This document shows, one piece after another, positions 51,248 to 61,636 of a stretch of 64,000 nt of DNA. A program made the translations under genes and the position numbers. Position 1 is the first letter of the stretch. Every line of letters starts with the position of its first letter. The DNA comes from an uncultured Desulfosarcina sp. (GTDB lineage Bacteria; Desulfobacterota; Desulfobacteria; Desulfobacterales; Desulfosarcinaceae): NCBI GenBank assembly GCA_963674945.2, contig CAXXWQ010000004.1:2208001-2272000 (forward strand), in the 5' to 3' direction. Under the pieces are notes generated by a model that searched no databases, was not told the origin of the DNA, and worked only from the letters and a program-made list of their open reading frames with translations.

Positions 51248-51811
51248 ATGAAAGATGAACTAATGCGGTTGTTGTGTGAAAAGTCCTTCAAATACAGCGA
51301 AACACCTTCTTTCAAACTGGTTTCGGGCCGCATGAGCCGATTCTATGTAAATTGCAAGCCCACCACATTGCATCCCCGGGGAATGTATCTCACCGGCCAC
51401 TTGATGTTCGAGGCCATGAAGGACAGCGGCGCATCGGCAGTCGGCGGCCTCACCTTCGGTGCCGATCCCATCGCCATGGCCACGGCCTTCGCGTCGGAGT
51501 TGAAGGGGCAGCCCATGAATGCCTTTTCCATCCGAAAGGATCAAAAAGATCACGGCATCGTAAAATGGGTGGAGGGAGACGTCCAGCCGGGCGACAGGGT
51601 CGTGGTGATCGATGACGTTGCCACCACCGGCGGTTCCACCATCAAGGCAATCGAGCGCGCCCGGTCCGAAGGATTGGAAGTGATCCGTTCCGTGATCCTG
51701 GTGGATCGGCAGGAGGGGGGATTGGAGAACATCCGAAAACACGTTCCCGATGCATCCGCCATCATCACCCGGGATGAACTTTTAGAATGCTGGAAACGGA
51801 TGAAGGCCTGA
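51248..51811 (+). CDS. pyrE: Orotate phosphoribosyltransferase
   Basis: [37 protein letters not shown]. Confidence 0.95.
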   Translation: MKDELMRLLCEKSFKYSETPSFKLVSGRMSRFYVNCKPTTLHPRGMYLTGHLMFEAMKDSGASAVGGLTFGADPIAMATAFASELKGQPMNAFSIRKDQKDHGIVKWVEGDVQPGDRVVVIDDVATTGGSTIKAIERARSEGLEVIRSVILVDRQEGGLENIRKHVPDASAIITRDELLECWKRMKA

Positions 51812-52009
51812 TCAATGGTCGGGCACAATATGTTGTGCTTATTTCCCATTGACAACCTATCCGGCAGCCGGGTAAACGTTCAAGTGGTGTCCTGTTTCGG
51901 TTCAGGCCCAAATGGTATCCGGGGAAATCCCGGCTGACAGGCGCCGGCACTAGCTCGGCCTTTATATGTCCCCAACCGTGAGGGGAGATTCGTTTTCAGG
52001 GAAAAAAGC

Positions 52010-52474
52010 ATGACCAAATTTGCAAAAGACATCATGGTGTCGACCTTTGACAAAATTCACGAAAATGCCCCTGTCCGGGATGCCATCCAGATGGTCCTTA
52101 ACGGCAAAGTCAGGGACACGGGCTTCAAATCCATCAGCCTAATCGTTGTGAATGCTTATAAACAACTGGCCGGGGTGATCACCATGTACGACATCCTCTA
52201 TCATTTGCGTCCAGACTTTCTCAATTATGATGTCATTAGCGCGGAACAGATATCCTGGGGCGACCAGTTAGAGCGCTATATCGAGGCGCTGAAAAATAAA
52301 AAGGTCAATCAGGTTATGAGCAGACATGTGGTCAGCGCCGCCGCGGATGAACACATCATGGTGATTCTAGACCGCATGATCAAGAACAAGTATCGCCGCC
52401 TGCCGGTCGTGGAGGCCAACCGGCCGATAGGCATCATTTACATATCCGATATTTATTGTCATCTTTTCAAGTAA
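52010..52474 (+). CDS. CBS-pair domain protein
   Basis: AKDIM, GVITMYDIL, VNQVMS, RRLPVV, GIIYISDI. Confidence 0.88.
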   Translation: MTKFAKDIMVSTFDKIHENAPVRDAIQMVLNGKVRDTGFKSISLIVVNAYKQLAGVITMYDILYHLRPDFLNYDVISAEQISWGDQLERYIEALKNKKVNQVMSRHVVSAAADEHIMVILDRMIKNKYRRLPVVEANRPIGIIYISDIYCHLFK

Positions 52475-52616
52475 CCGCCTGTCGCAGCAGACTTTGCTCC
52501 TTTCTCAACCTATGAGATGACAAAGATATGTACAGGATCTCTGGCGGGATTGGGGTGGGAAAAAACTTGTATTTTCAGCTATCTTCAAAAATGTCAGATT
52601 AGAAAAGTATTTGAGA

Positions 52617-52793
52617 TTAGAATGCATCGAGACACCTGGTCTTCATCGACATTTACAGCGTATTTGGCAAATGTTTTTTCACTTTTGCTTTAGATGCGAA
52701 TTTTCCCTGATCTGCTTGCGTAATGCCTTCTTTGATAGCTTCAATTTGCCAGGACTGCTCGTCCACGTAAGCTTTTATCGCCTCACTGATCAG
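52617..52793 (-). pseudogene. Remnant of a type II toxin-antitoxin pair (RHH/CopG antitoxin C-terminus, possible toxin start)
   Basis: Hand translation 52793-52653 LISEAIKAYVDEQSWQIEAIKEGITQADQGKFASKAKVKK...; no start codon; short MKTRCL start at 52646. Confidence 0.65.
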
Positions 52794-52856
52794 AATGGAA
52801 GAGATGGGTTTCTTTCGAAATACTGTTTGACCGTATTATGCCTGGAAAAGGATGAG

Positions 52857-53000
52857 GACGGCTTCGTAAAAAAGTTCGAGTCAAGGCTTGCGAGCCCCGA
52901 GAATACCGCTATCGCGGGTGCCGCAGGCAGCGTATGGTTGGATACGTCGCAGTGACGAGGGGTGAAGCGTAACGCAGATATCGGGCTTTTTACGAAGCCG
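52857..53000 (+). repeat. Repeat family A, copy 3 (internal expansion; overlaps queD 3' end)
   Basis: GACGGCTTCGTAAAAAAG...CTTTTTACGAAGCCG; extra bases around 52901-52930. Confidence 0.88.
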
Positions 53001-53364
53001 GGTAATACGTGGCACAGGCGTCTTCCGACTCCCAGGTGGTCACACGGCTCACGGTGACGCCTGGTTCATCGAGCATCTCGGCAAGGTTCTTTGCGATGTA
53101 AACCGCGATATTTTCGGAAGAGGGGGGCACATCTTTGAATGCGGGAAGTTCGTTTAAAAATTGGTGATCCAGCCGCCCCATGATCTCGTTCACCTGCTTT
53201 TTTATAATGCCAAAATCGACGATGACCCCAGCCTCGTTCAGCCGATCTCCTTTGATGCACACTTCCACTTTCCAGTTGTGTCCATGCAGATTTTCACATT
53301 TTTTTGCAACCATGGTCAATTGGTGGGCGGCGGAAAAATGGGTGAGAATTTTCAATTCGAACAT
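52990..53364 (-). CDS. queD: 6-carboxy-5,6,7,8-tetrahydropterin synthase
   Basis: FSAAH, CENLHGHNW, LDHQFLN, PSSENIA, WES. Confidence 0.93.
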   Translation of the reverse strand: MFELKILTHFSAAHQLTMVAKKCENLHGHNWKVEVCIKGDRLNEAGVIVDFGIIKKQVNEIMGRLDHQFLNELPAFKDVPPSSENIAVYIAKNLAEMLDEPGVTVSRVTTWESEDACATYYPAS

Positions 53365-53473
53365 GATCGATTAACTCTCCTGATGAAACCGGGCGGTAGG
53401 GACGCCCGTTGCTAAGGTATCGGAATCTTGGAAACGATTTTGCACCCCGGAAACGAATTGAGATGAGGCTGCA

Positions 53474-54589
53474 CTAGTTCGCCACTCTGCTGGGTCCGTT
53501 TTTTAAAATACTTTTCAATTTGCTCGTGAATTTGTTCTCTTCCAGGGACGCAAACTCCTTGAGCAGAGCAACCTGTTTTTTGTTGAGGTTGGTGGGAATC
53601 TTCACATTCACCTGAACAATCTGATCTCCGCGATGGCCGTTCCGCAAAGATGGAATGCCTTCGCCGCGCAAACGGAAAACATCATTGGGTTGGGTCCCCT
53701 TGGGGATTTCCAATTTGGTTTCCCCTTTCAGTGTGGGGATGGTGACGGTATCTCCGATGGCCGCTTGAACGAAAGAGATGGGGATCTGGCACAATACGTT
53801 CGTGTCGTCCCGCTGGAAGAAGTCGTGTCCCTCCACGTGGATAAAGACATACAGGTCACCGGTACCGCCGCCGTAAGAACCGGCCTCTCCTTCTCCGGTC
53901 AGTCGAAGCCGGGAACCGGTATTCACACCGGCGGGTATTCGGACGGAAACTTTTTTGTGTACCAGTACCCTTCCCTGACCCTGGCACGTATCGCACGGAT
54001 CGGAGATGATCTGGCCTTGCCCCCGGCACTGACCACAGGTCGTCCGGACGGTGAAAAAACCCTGGCTTCGACCCACCTGGCCGGTCCCGCCACATTGGGG
54101 GCAGGTCACAGGGCCGGACCCTGGAGCGGCGCCGCTTCCCGAACAAGCCGCACAGGTCTCCGCCTTTTTAACATCGATCTCTTTTTCCGTACCAAAGGCA
54201 GCTTCCATGAAGGTAAGTTGCATGTCGTAGCGTAGGTCGTTCCCCCGATGACCACGCCCCCTGGAGCGGCGACCACCACCGAACCCGAAAAAATCTTCGA
54301 ATATATCACCGAAACTGGAAAATATATCTTCGAAACCGCCGAAACCGGAGAATCCCGATCCCTCCAGCCCCTGGTGGCCAAACTGGTCGTAGATTTGCCG
54401 TTTTTGGCTGTCCCGGAGAACCTCATAGGCCTCGGCAGCCTCTTTGAACTTCTCTTCGGCTTCTTGGTTCCCCGGATTCTTGTCCGGATGAAATTTCAGT
54501 GCCAGCTTTCGATAGGCCTTTTTCAATTCGGTGTCGTCGGCATTCCGATCGACGCCAAGCACTTCGTAATAGTCACGTTTGGCTGTCAT
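53474..54589 (-). CDS. dnaJ: Chaperone DnaJ
   Basis: J-domain HPD, G/F-rich region, four CxxCxGxG repeats. Confidence 0.97.
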   Translation of the reverse strand: MTAKRDYYEVLGVDRNADDTELKKAYRKLALKFHPDKNPGNQEAEEKFKEAAEAYEVLRDSQKRQIYDQFGHQGLEGSGFSGFGGFEDIFSSFGDIFEDFFGFGGGRRSRGRGHRGNDLRYDMQLTFMEAAFGTEKEIDVKKAETCAACSGSGAAPGSGPVTCPQCGGTGQVGRSQGFFTVRTTCGQCRGQGQIISDPCDTCQGQGRVLVHKKVSVRIPAGVNTGSRLRLTGEGEAGSYGGGTGDLYVFIHVEGHDFFQRDDTNVLCQIPISFVQAAIGDTVTIPTLKGETKLEIPKGTQPNDVFRLRGEGIPSLRNGHRGDQIVQVNVKIPTNLNKKQVALLKEFASLEENKFTSKLKSILKNGPSRVAN

Positions 54590-54696
54590 GGGTCATCCTG
54601 AAAACGCGTTTCCTTCGTGTTGTCACAAATGATCAGTTGTGTTAAATCTTGCCCCTTAATGGATGCTTTATGGTAATGCAAGATGAAAGGTTGTCA

Positions 54697-55404
54697 ATGG
54701 AAACCCGAGAGCTTCCCTTCATTCGGGAGATGTTCAACAGCATCGCTCCGCGATACGATCTGCTGAATCGTCTGCTGAGCCTCCGTCAGGACGTTCACTG
54801 GCGGGAAAAAATGGTTTCACGGATGGTCGTTCCCCAACATGGCAGGATCCTGGATGTGGCTTGCGGTACCGGTGATGTCGTACTCGAAATCCGAAGGCAA
54901 AAAGGCCCCGAAACCATGGTGACCGGTGTCGATTTTTCGCCGGAGATGCTGGCTTTGGCCAAAGAAAAGGTATTGCCCAAAACCTCTCGGTCGATCTTCC
55001 TTCTGGTAGGAGATGCCTTGGCCATGCCGTTCAGCAAACCACTGTTCCATGCCGTGACCATCGCCTTCGGCATCCGGAATATTCAAGATCGGGCAAAGGC
55101 CCTGAAAAACTTTCACGAGATCCTTTTGCCCGGTGGAATGGTGTTGGTGCTGGAGTTGGCCACGCCAAAAAAAGGCCGCCTCTACGAAGCTTATATGACC
55201 TATTTTCAACGGGTGCTGCCCATCATCGGCCGCGTCTTTTCCAGGCACGCCTTTGCATACAACTATCTGCAAGAATCGGTAGCCCGGTTTCCGGGACCCG
55301 ATGAATTCATGGAAATCATGGTCCAGGCAGGATTTACCAATGTCACCTGCACCCGACTGACACTGGGTGTGGCGAACCTTTTTATCGGCGTCAAGCCACC
55401 ATGA
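54697..55404 (+). CDS. ubiE: UbiE/MenG quinone C-methyltransferase
   Basis: MFNSIAPRYDLLNRLLS, LDVACGTGD, IAFGIRN, AYNYLQES. Confidence 0.92.
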   Translation: METRELPFIREMFNSIAPRYDLLNRLLSLRQDVHWREKMVSRMVVPQHGRILDVACGTGDVVLEIRRQKGPETMVTGVDFSPEMLALAKEKVLPKTSRSIFLLVGDALAMPFSKPLFHAVTIAFGIRNIQDRAKALKNFHEILLPGGMVLVLELATPKKGRLYEAYMTYFQRVLPIIGRVFSRHAFAYNYLQESVARFPGPDEFMEIMVQAGFTNVTCTRLTLGVANLFIGVKPP

Positions 55405-55419
55405 TGCCTCTTTACTGGT

Positions 55420-56931
55420 TCAGGCCGTCCATCCAAAGGTTCGCCGAACCGCCTTTTCCCATCCCCGGATGCCGGTCTGGCGGCTCTGCGCATCCATTTG
55501 CGGCTTCCAAATCTTGTCCACTTTCCAATATTTTTTCAGATCTGTCATGGATTCCCAGAATCCAATGGCCAGCCCTGCAGCATAAGCGGCCCCCAGGGCG
55601 GTTGTTTCGGTGACAGATGGCCGAATCACCGGCACATCCAGCAGATCTGCTTGAATTTGCATGAAAAGTTCGTTGGCCACCATACCGCCGTCCACCTTCA
55701 GTCCTTTCAGATCCACGCCGGAATCCTTTCTCATGGCAATCATGATGTCCCGTGTCTGGTAGGCGCACGCTTCCAGCACAGCCCTGGCAATATGGCCTTT
55801 GGTAACATACCGGGTGAGGCCGGCAATCACACCCCTGGCATCGGAACGCCAGTATGGGGCAAAGAGGCCCGAGAATGCCGGAACGATATATGCCCCGCCA
55901 TTATCTTCCACTGTTTTCGCCAACGCTTCGATCTGGGGGGCCGAATCGATCAGCCCGAGGTTGTCCCGAAGCCACTGCACGAGGGCGCCGGCCACGGCGA
56001 TGGATCCTTCCAGGCAGTAGATCGGTTTTTCACCACTGACCTGGTATCCCACGGTGGTCAACAGACCATGATCGGATGAAACCGGCCGGTCACCGGTGTT
56101 CATCAGCATGAAACACCCGGTGCCATAAGTGTTTTTCGCCTCTCCCACAGCAAAGCAGGTCTGGCCCACGACTGCAGCCTGCTGGTCACCGAGGGCTCCA
56201 CATACCGGTATCGTCGCCCCAAAAGGGCCATCTTTTAAGGTGTGCCCCCAACCGTTTTTGTCGATGGACGGCACGATGCGCGGCAGCATCTTTCCGGGAA
56301 TATCCAGGATGGACAGTATCTCTTCGTCCCATGCCAGCGAATGAAGGTCCATGAGAAGTGTCCGGGAGGCATTGGTGACGTCGGTGACGTGGGCACCGCC
56401 GTCTGCCGCCCCCGTAAGGTTCCAGATGATCCATGATTCGATGGTGCCGAACAGGGCGTCTCCCCTTTCCGCGGCGGCCCTTGCCCCGGAAACATTCTCC
56501 AGTATCCACTTGATCTTGGGGCCGGAAAAGTAGGTGGCGACGGGCAGTCCGGTGGTTGAACGAAACCGATCCTGCCCCCCTTGTGCAGCAAGGTTTCGGC
56601 AAATCTCATCTGATCTGGTGCATTGCCAGACGATGGCGTTGCAAAGGGGTTTTCCCGATCGCTTGTCCCATACAACAGCGGTTTCCCGCTGGTTGGTGAT
56701 GCCGATGGCGGCGATCTGTTTGCCTGTGACGCCGATCTTTCCCATTGCACCCTTGATGACCCGGCAGGTGTTTTCCCAGATCTCCAGTGGATCGTGCTCC
56801 ACCCAACCCGGCCGGGGAAAGATCTGCCGGTGCTCCATCTGATCCATTCCTACGATTTGGCCTTGATGGTCAAAAATGATGAACCGGTTGCTGGTGGTGC
56901 CCAGGTCCAGGGCGCCGATGTTGGTGGCCAT
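55420..56931 (-). CDS. glpK: Glycerol kinase
   Basis: [38 protein letters not shown]. Confidence 0.97.
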   Translation of the reverse strand: MATNIGALDLGTTSNRFIIFDHQGQIVGMDQMEHRQIFPRPGWVEHDPLEIWENTCRVIKGAMGKIGVTGKQIAAIGITNQRETAVVWDKRSGKPLCNAIVWQCTRSDEICRNLAAQGGQDRFRSTTGLPVATYFSGPKIKWILENVSGARAAAERGDALFGTIESWIIWNLTGAADGGAHVTDVTNASRTLLMDLHSLAWDEEILSILDIPGKMLPRIVPSIDKNGWGHTLKDGPFGATIPVCGALGDQQAAVVGQTCFAVGEAKNTYGTGCFMLMNTGDRPVSSDHGLLTTVGYQVSGEKPIYCLEGSIAVAGALVQWLRDNLGLIDSAPQIEALAKTVEDNGGAYIVPAFSGLFAPYWRSDARGVIAGLTRYVTKGHIARAVLEACAYQTRDIMIAMRKDSGVDLKGLKVDGGMVANELFMQIQADLLDVPVIRPSVTETTALGAAYAAGLAIGFWESMTDLKKYWKVDKIWKPQMDAQSRQTGIRGWEKAVRRTFGWTA

Positions 56932-56951
56932 GGGTCACTCCTTTCATCTTC

Positions 56952-57076
56952 GACGGCTTCGTAAAAAGCCCGATATCTGCGTTACGCTTCATCCCTCGTC
57001 ACTGCGACGTACTTTTTTGTACGCCTCATTCCTCGGGACTCGCAAGCCTTGATCTCGAACTTTTTACGAAGCCGTC
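56952..57076 (-). repeat. Repeat family A, copy 4 (inverted), between glpB and glpK
   Basis: Reverse complement of the copy 1 sequence with perfect 17-bp terminal IRs. Confidence 0.92.
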
Positions 57077-57177
57077 ATTATTTATGGCGATTGATGGGTA
57101 TCGGGAACAAAAGGATATTGCTTTGTTGCCCTATCACGTTCGACCGGGCGGGACAACTGGATGGATCAGGTCTATTG

Positions 57178-58470
57178 TTACTGGCGGTTGCCGGCAATAG
57201 CACTGACCGCCCCCAATGCCGTGGCCACGGCCAGTCCGGTACCGCTTTTGGTACGCACCCAATCTTGGTGGGCCAGAATAGAGCCGGCGGCATAAAGGTT
57301 GGCAAACACGACGCTGCCCGTTGGATCTACCGGTCGGAATTGGTCATCCACGGCCAACCCGGCCTGGTTGATGGCATGACCGCGTGGCGTCAGAAACGCC
57401 TCCCGGTGCCAACCGCTTCGATTATCGGGCTGGACGATTGACAGATCCAGCAGTGGCTCCCGGATTTTTTTGCGTTCGGCCACCAATCCCTTGCCCAGAA
57501 ACCGCCCCGTGGCCAGAAGCAGGTGGTTTGCCACTACCGTGGTTTCCGGCGCGGACCTGCCCACGGAAAGCGAAAAGCGGTCGTCGGGAAGTCGTTTCAC
57601 ACCCATCACGCGGTGGTGAAGATAGGTGTTGATCCCCAAACGGGACAAATGCATTTCGAAGACCTCTTTGAGCCGAACGCCGGAGATGGCCGGCGGCATG
57701 GTGGGAATTTCAAAGACCCGCCTTCCCAGCATTTGCTCCAAATCTTGCAAGACGCCCTGGGTGTCGTGAATCCCCAAAATCGCGGGCAACCCGACAAAAG
57801 TCTCCTTTTTCAAATGCAAACGTATGGCATCGGCCAGTTCGCGGCGGTTCGCGGGCACTTCCAGTCCCCTGGCGATGTGTTCGGCATATTTGGGGCCCAA
57901 TCGGTTTTCCCAGGGAAGATCGATGGAGGCCGCCGTGAGAGCAGGCCAGTTCTTTTTCAAGGTCCCGACGATTTGTTTCGCGCTAAAACCCCGCAACCCG
58001 ATGATATCGATGATCAAACAGGGAGCATTGTCCTTCAGGGCCAAAACGCCGCTCCACATGGTCGCGGGAACGCGAAACGTTCGTTTGACTGTCCCCACCG
58101 GCGTGACCAGACGGACATTTTTGTCCGCCCGTCCCCGGTAAGGCTGACCGACCGATTCCAGAAAATCGGTCAACTGGTCCATGGCCGACCGAATCCGGTC
58201 CAGGGAGAGACGCGAATAAGGGTGTGCCGGGCAATCTTTTTTAAGTTGGTCGAGCCCCTGCCAGGGATCGTCGATGGGTGTTCGCGAAGTATCGTGGCTT
58301 ACGCCATAAAGATCAAACAGACCGCTGGCATACAGGGTCTCGCCGGTCAGCCCTGCCTGAACCGTGGAGATGCCCTGGCGGGCGGCAAACAGCGCCGCCG
58401 CCGCGCCAGCCATGCCGGCACCGATGATCATTAGATCGCAGTTGATTTGGCTGTTTGGTTCTTTTTTCAT
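57178..58470 (-). CDS. glpB: Anaerobic glycerol-3-phosphate dehydrogenase subunit B
   Basis: IIGAGMAG, TPVGTVK, FEIPTMPP, LATGRFLGKGL, KSGTGLA; between glpA and glpK. Confidence 0.9.
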   Translation of the reverse strand: MKKEPNSQINCDLMIIGAGMAGAAAALFAARQGISTVQAGLTGETLYASGLFDLYGVSHDTSRTPIDDPWQGLDQLKKDCPAHPYSRLSLDRIRSAMDQLTDFLESVGQPYRGRADKNVRLVTPVGTVKRTFRVPATMWSGVLALKDNAPCLIIDIIGLRGFSAKQIVGTLKKNWPALTAASIDLPWENRLGPKYAEHIARGLEVPANRRELADAIRLHLKKETFVGLPAILGIHDTQGVLQDLEQMLGRRVFEIPTMPPAISGVRLKEVFEMHLSRLGINTYLHHRVMGVKRLPDDRFSLSVGRSAPETTVVANHLLLATGRFLGKGLVAERKKIREPLLDLSIVQPDNRSGWHREAFLTPRGHAINQAGLAVDDQFRPVDPTGSVVFANLYAAGSILAHQDWVRTKSGTGLAVATALGAVSAIAGNRQ

Positions 58471-58604
58471 GGTGAAAAGAGTGTTGCGTGTAAAGTTGAT
58501 GTATTCTATCGATTTTATAATTAAGCTGAATGTATCTTGTACGACTTGTCGATTAAAGTGCGGGCAGCAGTCAGTATTTGCTATAAACGCTCCTCTTCCT
58601 TTGC

Positions 58605-58636
58605 TTAACACTTAAAACTTTATACTTAAAACTTGA
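58605..58636. repeat. Short tandem heptamer repeat (ACTTAAA-like)
   Basis: TTAACAC TTAAAAC TTTATAC TTAAAAC in the AT-rich glpA-glpB spacer. Confidence 0.55.
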
Positions 58637-58674
58637 TCTATCATGAACGGAAAGTTGATATCTGCTTTTCAATT

Positions 58675-60246
58675 TCAGACTTGTTCATCAACATCCAAAC
58701 AAAGAAGTCCGCAATGCAATGCCTCTAATAATTCGGCCTGGGCAACGGCCTGTCCCCACAGCAGCGGCCGGATGCCGCGCCATCGTTCACCCAAAAAACG
58801 TTTGAGTTCCGCGATGCCCTGATCAGCTTCCAACAATCCCCGATCATACATGTGTGCGGCCATACGAAGGCTGCAAAACGTTCCCTGGCATGGCCCTTTG
58901 CCCACACGGCTGCGTTGCCCCATCTCCAGCATGCCGGCATGATGACCCTCGGCGCGCAAAGTGGTGGCGATCTCGTCGAAAACACTGGTTGGCACCATTT
59001 CACATTCGCACAAAAGCAGGTCGGTGGGATCCTTTTTTTTGAACCACATTTTGGGCGTGTACCCCGGTACCGTGTATCGGGATAATTCGGATGCGGGCAG
59101 GGGCGCTGTGGCTGTTCGGCAGGGGGTTGTGTTTCCCAATCGGCGGCAGACCAGATCGGCTGTCTTTTCGGCCATCAATCGGTAGGTGGTGAGTTTTCCG
59201 CCGGTGATGGTGATGAAATTGTCCAGCCGGTCGCTCTCATGGCCGAGCAATGCAAATCCCCGGCTCACGGACCGGTCATCGGTTCCATTACCGGTTTTCA
59301 CCAACGGCCGGACCCCCGCATAGGCACGGATAAAGCGGGTTTCGGCCAATTTGGGCACCATGGCCACACCATCGTCGATCATGCTGTCGATTTCAGTGAT
59401 GGTGGGCCGACAATCTTCCGGATCCATGATCCGCCGGGATGTTGTGCCGAAAATCGATACCGTTCCGGCGGGAACGAGAATATCGGCATCGGCGGCTTTT
59501 CGCAATCGGTTGATTACGCGCTCTGCCAATCGCATCTGGCTGATGACCAGGGTTCCCTGGGAGTAGATCATATGGATTCGGGCGCCGGCCATGGCCGCAA
59601 CTGTTTCTGCCCAGGCACCGCTGGCATTGATAATCTGATCCGCGACGATTCGAACCTTTCGCCCCGACAGCCCATCGTCCAAAAGGGCTGCTTCGATTCT
59701 TGGACCGCGCCGTTCAAAACCGGATACACGGTGGTGAAGCAGATGGCGGGCGCCCAGGGACCTGGCATGGGCAAGGTTGTCCAAAGAGAGTTGAAACGGG
59801 TCCACGACGGCATCGGAAACGGCGTAAACGGCAATGGTGTCGTTGGAAAGGCAGGGTTCCACTTCCAACGCCGTTTTGATGTCCATCGGCATGGCTGTGA
59901 TACCGCATCGCCGGCAGTTTTCGGCAAAATCGGCAATATAGGTTTCCTCATCGCCTCTGACGGCAACGAAGAGACCGCCGGTCCCTTCCACGCATTGTGG
60001 CGCCATTCGTTTGATGATCCCCGCTTCGATGCGACATTCGCTGGCCGCGGTAGGATCGGATACCACGTACCGGGCACCGCTGTGCAGAAGACCATGGTTC
60101 GCCCCGCTGGCGCCGGTGTTGATATCTTTCCGGTCGACCAGAAGGCAGTCAACACCCCGCAGGGCAAGGTCCCGTGCCAGGCCCGTTCCCGTGACCCCTC
60201 CCCCGATGATAAGAACTTGGGTGGTGATTGTGTCGTTCATAGACAT
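58675..60246 (-). CDS. glpA: Anaerobic glycerol-3-phosphate dehydrogenase subunit A
   Basis: IGGGVTG, NHGLLHSGARY, YAGVRPL, GGKLTTYRLMAE, BFD-like CECE...GPCQGTFC. Confidence 0.93.
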   Translation of the reverse strand: MSMNDTITTQVLIIGGGVTGTGLARDLALRGVDCLLVDRKDINTGASGANHGLLHSGARYVVSDPTAASECRIEAGIIKRMAPQCVEGTGGLFVAVRGDEETYIADFAENCRRCGITAMPMDIKTALEVEPCLSNDTIAVYAVSDAVVDPFQLSLDNLAHARSLGARHLLHHRVSGFERRGPRIEAALLDDGLSGRKVRIVADQIINASGAWAETVAAMAGARIHMIYSQGTLVISQMRLAERVINRLRKAADADILVPAGTVSIFGTTSRRIMDPEDCRPTITEIDSMIDDGVAMVPKLAETRFIRAYAGVRPLVKTGNGTDDRSVSRGFALLGHESDRLDNFITITGGKLTTYRLMAEKTADLVCRRLGNTTPCRTATAPLPASELSRYTVPGYTPKMWFKKKDPTDLLLCECEMVPTSVFDEIATTLRAEGHHAGMLEMGQRSRVGKGPCQGTFCSLRMAAHMYDRGLLEADQGIAELKRFLGERWRGIRPLLWGQAVAQAELLEALHCGLLCLDVDEQV

Positions 60247-60390
60247 TTGCGAAACGACAACGATCGAACAGGCGATTTTTCACTTGAGAAAAAAAACTGC
60301 CGATGTTACGCCTCATGGACATATTCTTAGATTGATTCGGTCTTTTCTATACGGGAAAGTACCATATGCAAGGAAAGTTGTCACCATTGA

Positions 60391-60445
60391 ATTTTCGTTT
60401 CAGATAATTTTTTACGAAGTTTTTTCTATTACGAAAATGAAAACC
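60391..60445. promoter_or_regulatory. Candidate GlpR operator cluster in the divergent glpA/glpR gap
   Basis: Repeated TTTCG / CGAAA half sites; similar palindromes at 61357-61373 and 61563-61579 (TTTTCGCTTGCGAAAA) before the ABC operon. Confidence 0.4.
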
Positions 60446-60526
60446 AAGATGTTTCGTGGTGCCTTCTAAGGGACTCGTTCATTAACATAAAAAGACTTTT
60501 TAATGACTTCTAACCGCGGATGGGCA

Positions 60527-61327
60527 ATGCGCAACAGACCGGCAAGCAAGGCGACACCGGTTCGCCAAAGACACGAAAAAATAAGAAAGCTGGTTCAAAC
60601 GCAAGGATTTGTCACGATTGAAATCCTTGCCCAGACCTTTTCGGTGACCCCACAGACCATTCGCCGCGATATCAATACGCTCAGTGAAAAGGGGCTGGTG
60701 TATCGGTATCATGGCGGTGCGGCAAGTATGACGTCAACGGAAAATGTAGCCTACAACGAACGAAAAGTAATCTGCTACCGCGAAAAACAAAAGATTGCAC
60801 AGTTGATTGCCGGAAGCATCCCCGACAACGCATCGCTGTTTATCAACATCGGAACGACCACCGAGGCCATCGCCCATGCGCTGGCCAATCACAAACGTCT
60901 TCGGGTCATCACCAACAATCTCAATGTGGCATCCATCATGAGTGCCAACGAGAGCATCGAGGTGATCGTGGCCGGCGGACTGGTCCGCCATCGTGACAAG
61001 GGCATTATTGGCGAAGCCACCATCGATTTCATCAGTCAATTCAAAGTGGACTTTGGTATCATTGGCATCAGCGGCATCGATCTCGATGGCACCCTGCTCG
61101 ATTTCGATTACCGCGAGGTTCGGGCGGCAAGAGCGATTATGGATAATTCACGCAAGGTATTTCTGGCCGCCGACCATACGAAATTCGGTCGCAACGCAAT
61201 GGTCCGATTGGGCAGTATTGCGGAAATCGACGGCCTTTTTACCGATCGGCAGCCACCCGCCGGTCTGGCGGAAGTGATCGCCGCTGCAGAGGTGGCCCTG
61301 CATGTCGCCCAATCGCACAAGGAGTAA
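60527..61327 (+). CDS. glpR: DeoR-family glycerol-3-phosphate regulon repressor
   Basis: VTPQTIRRDIN, RYHGGA, LFINIGTTTE, DGTLLDFDYRE, DHTKFGRNA; start uncertain. Confidence 0.93.
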   Translation: MRNRPASKATPVRQRHEKIRKLVQTQGFVTIEILAQTFSVTPQTIRRDINTLSEKGLVYRYHGGAASMTSTENVAYNERKVICYREKQKIAQLIAGSIPDNASLFINIGTTTEAIAHALANHKRLRVITNNLNVASIMSANESIEVIVAGGLVRHRDKGIIGEATIDFISQFKVDFGIIGISGIDLDGTLLDFDYREVRAARAIMDNSRKVFLAADHTKFGRNAMVRLGSIAEIDGLFTDRQPPAGLAEVIAAAEVALHVAQSHKE

Positions 61328-61437
61328 GCCCCGCATCCGGTCGTTCGGAACATGACTGTTCATTACCGAAAATAAATCTCCTCTTTTTTATCTTGTTGAC
61401 GGCTAATTTTGATGATCCCGCAAAAAGTCGCAGCCTG

Positions 61438-61560
61438 GACGGATTCGTAAAAAGCCCGAGATCAAGGATTGCGAATCCTTAGGAATGAGGAGTACTTATC
61501 GTACTTCGCAGTGACGAAGGATGAAGCGTAACGCCGATATCGGACTTTTTACGAATCCGT
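61438..61560 (+). repeat. Repeat family A, copy 5
   Basis: ACGGATTCGTAAAAAG...CTTTTTACGAATCCGT; partial leader unit at 61408-61437 as in copy 1. Confidence 0.9.
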
Positions 61561-61636
61561 AAATTTTCGCTTGCGAAAAACATTATAGAGTGCTACTTTT
61601 ATTGAATCGCCTTCATTTTATCCTGGGGGTCCAGTC

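Noticed and set aside
52611..52955. 114-aa + strand ORF
   Set aside because: Antisense to the antitoxin remnant and runs into repeat copy 3; no coding signal of its own
23481..61560. Repeat family A as a CRISPR array
   Set aside because: Copies are dispersed, about 125 bp long, in both orientations, with no spacers or cas genes
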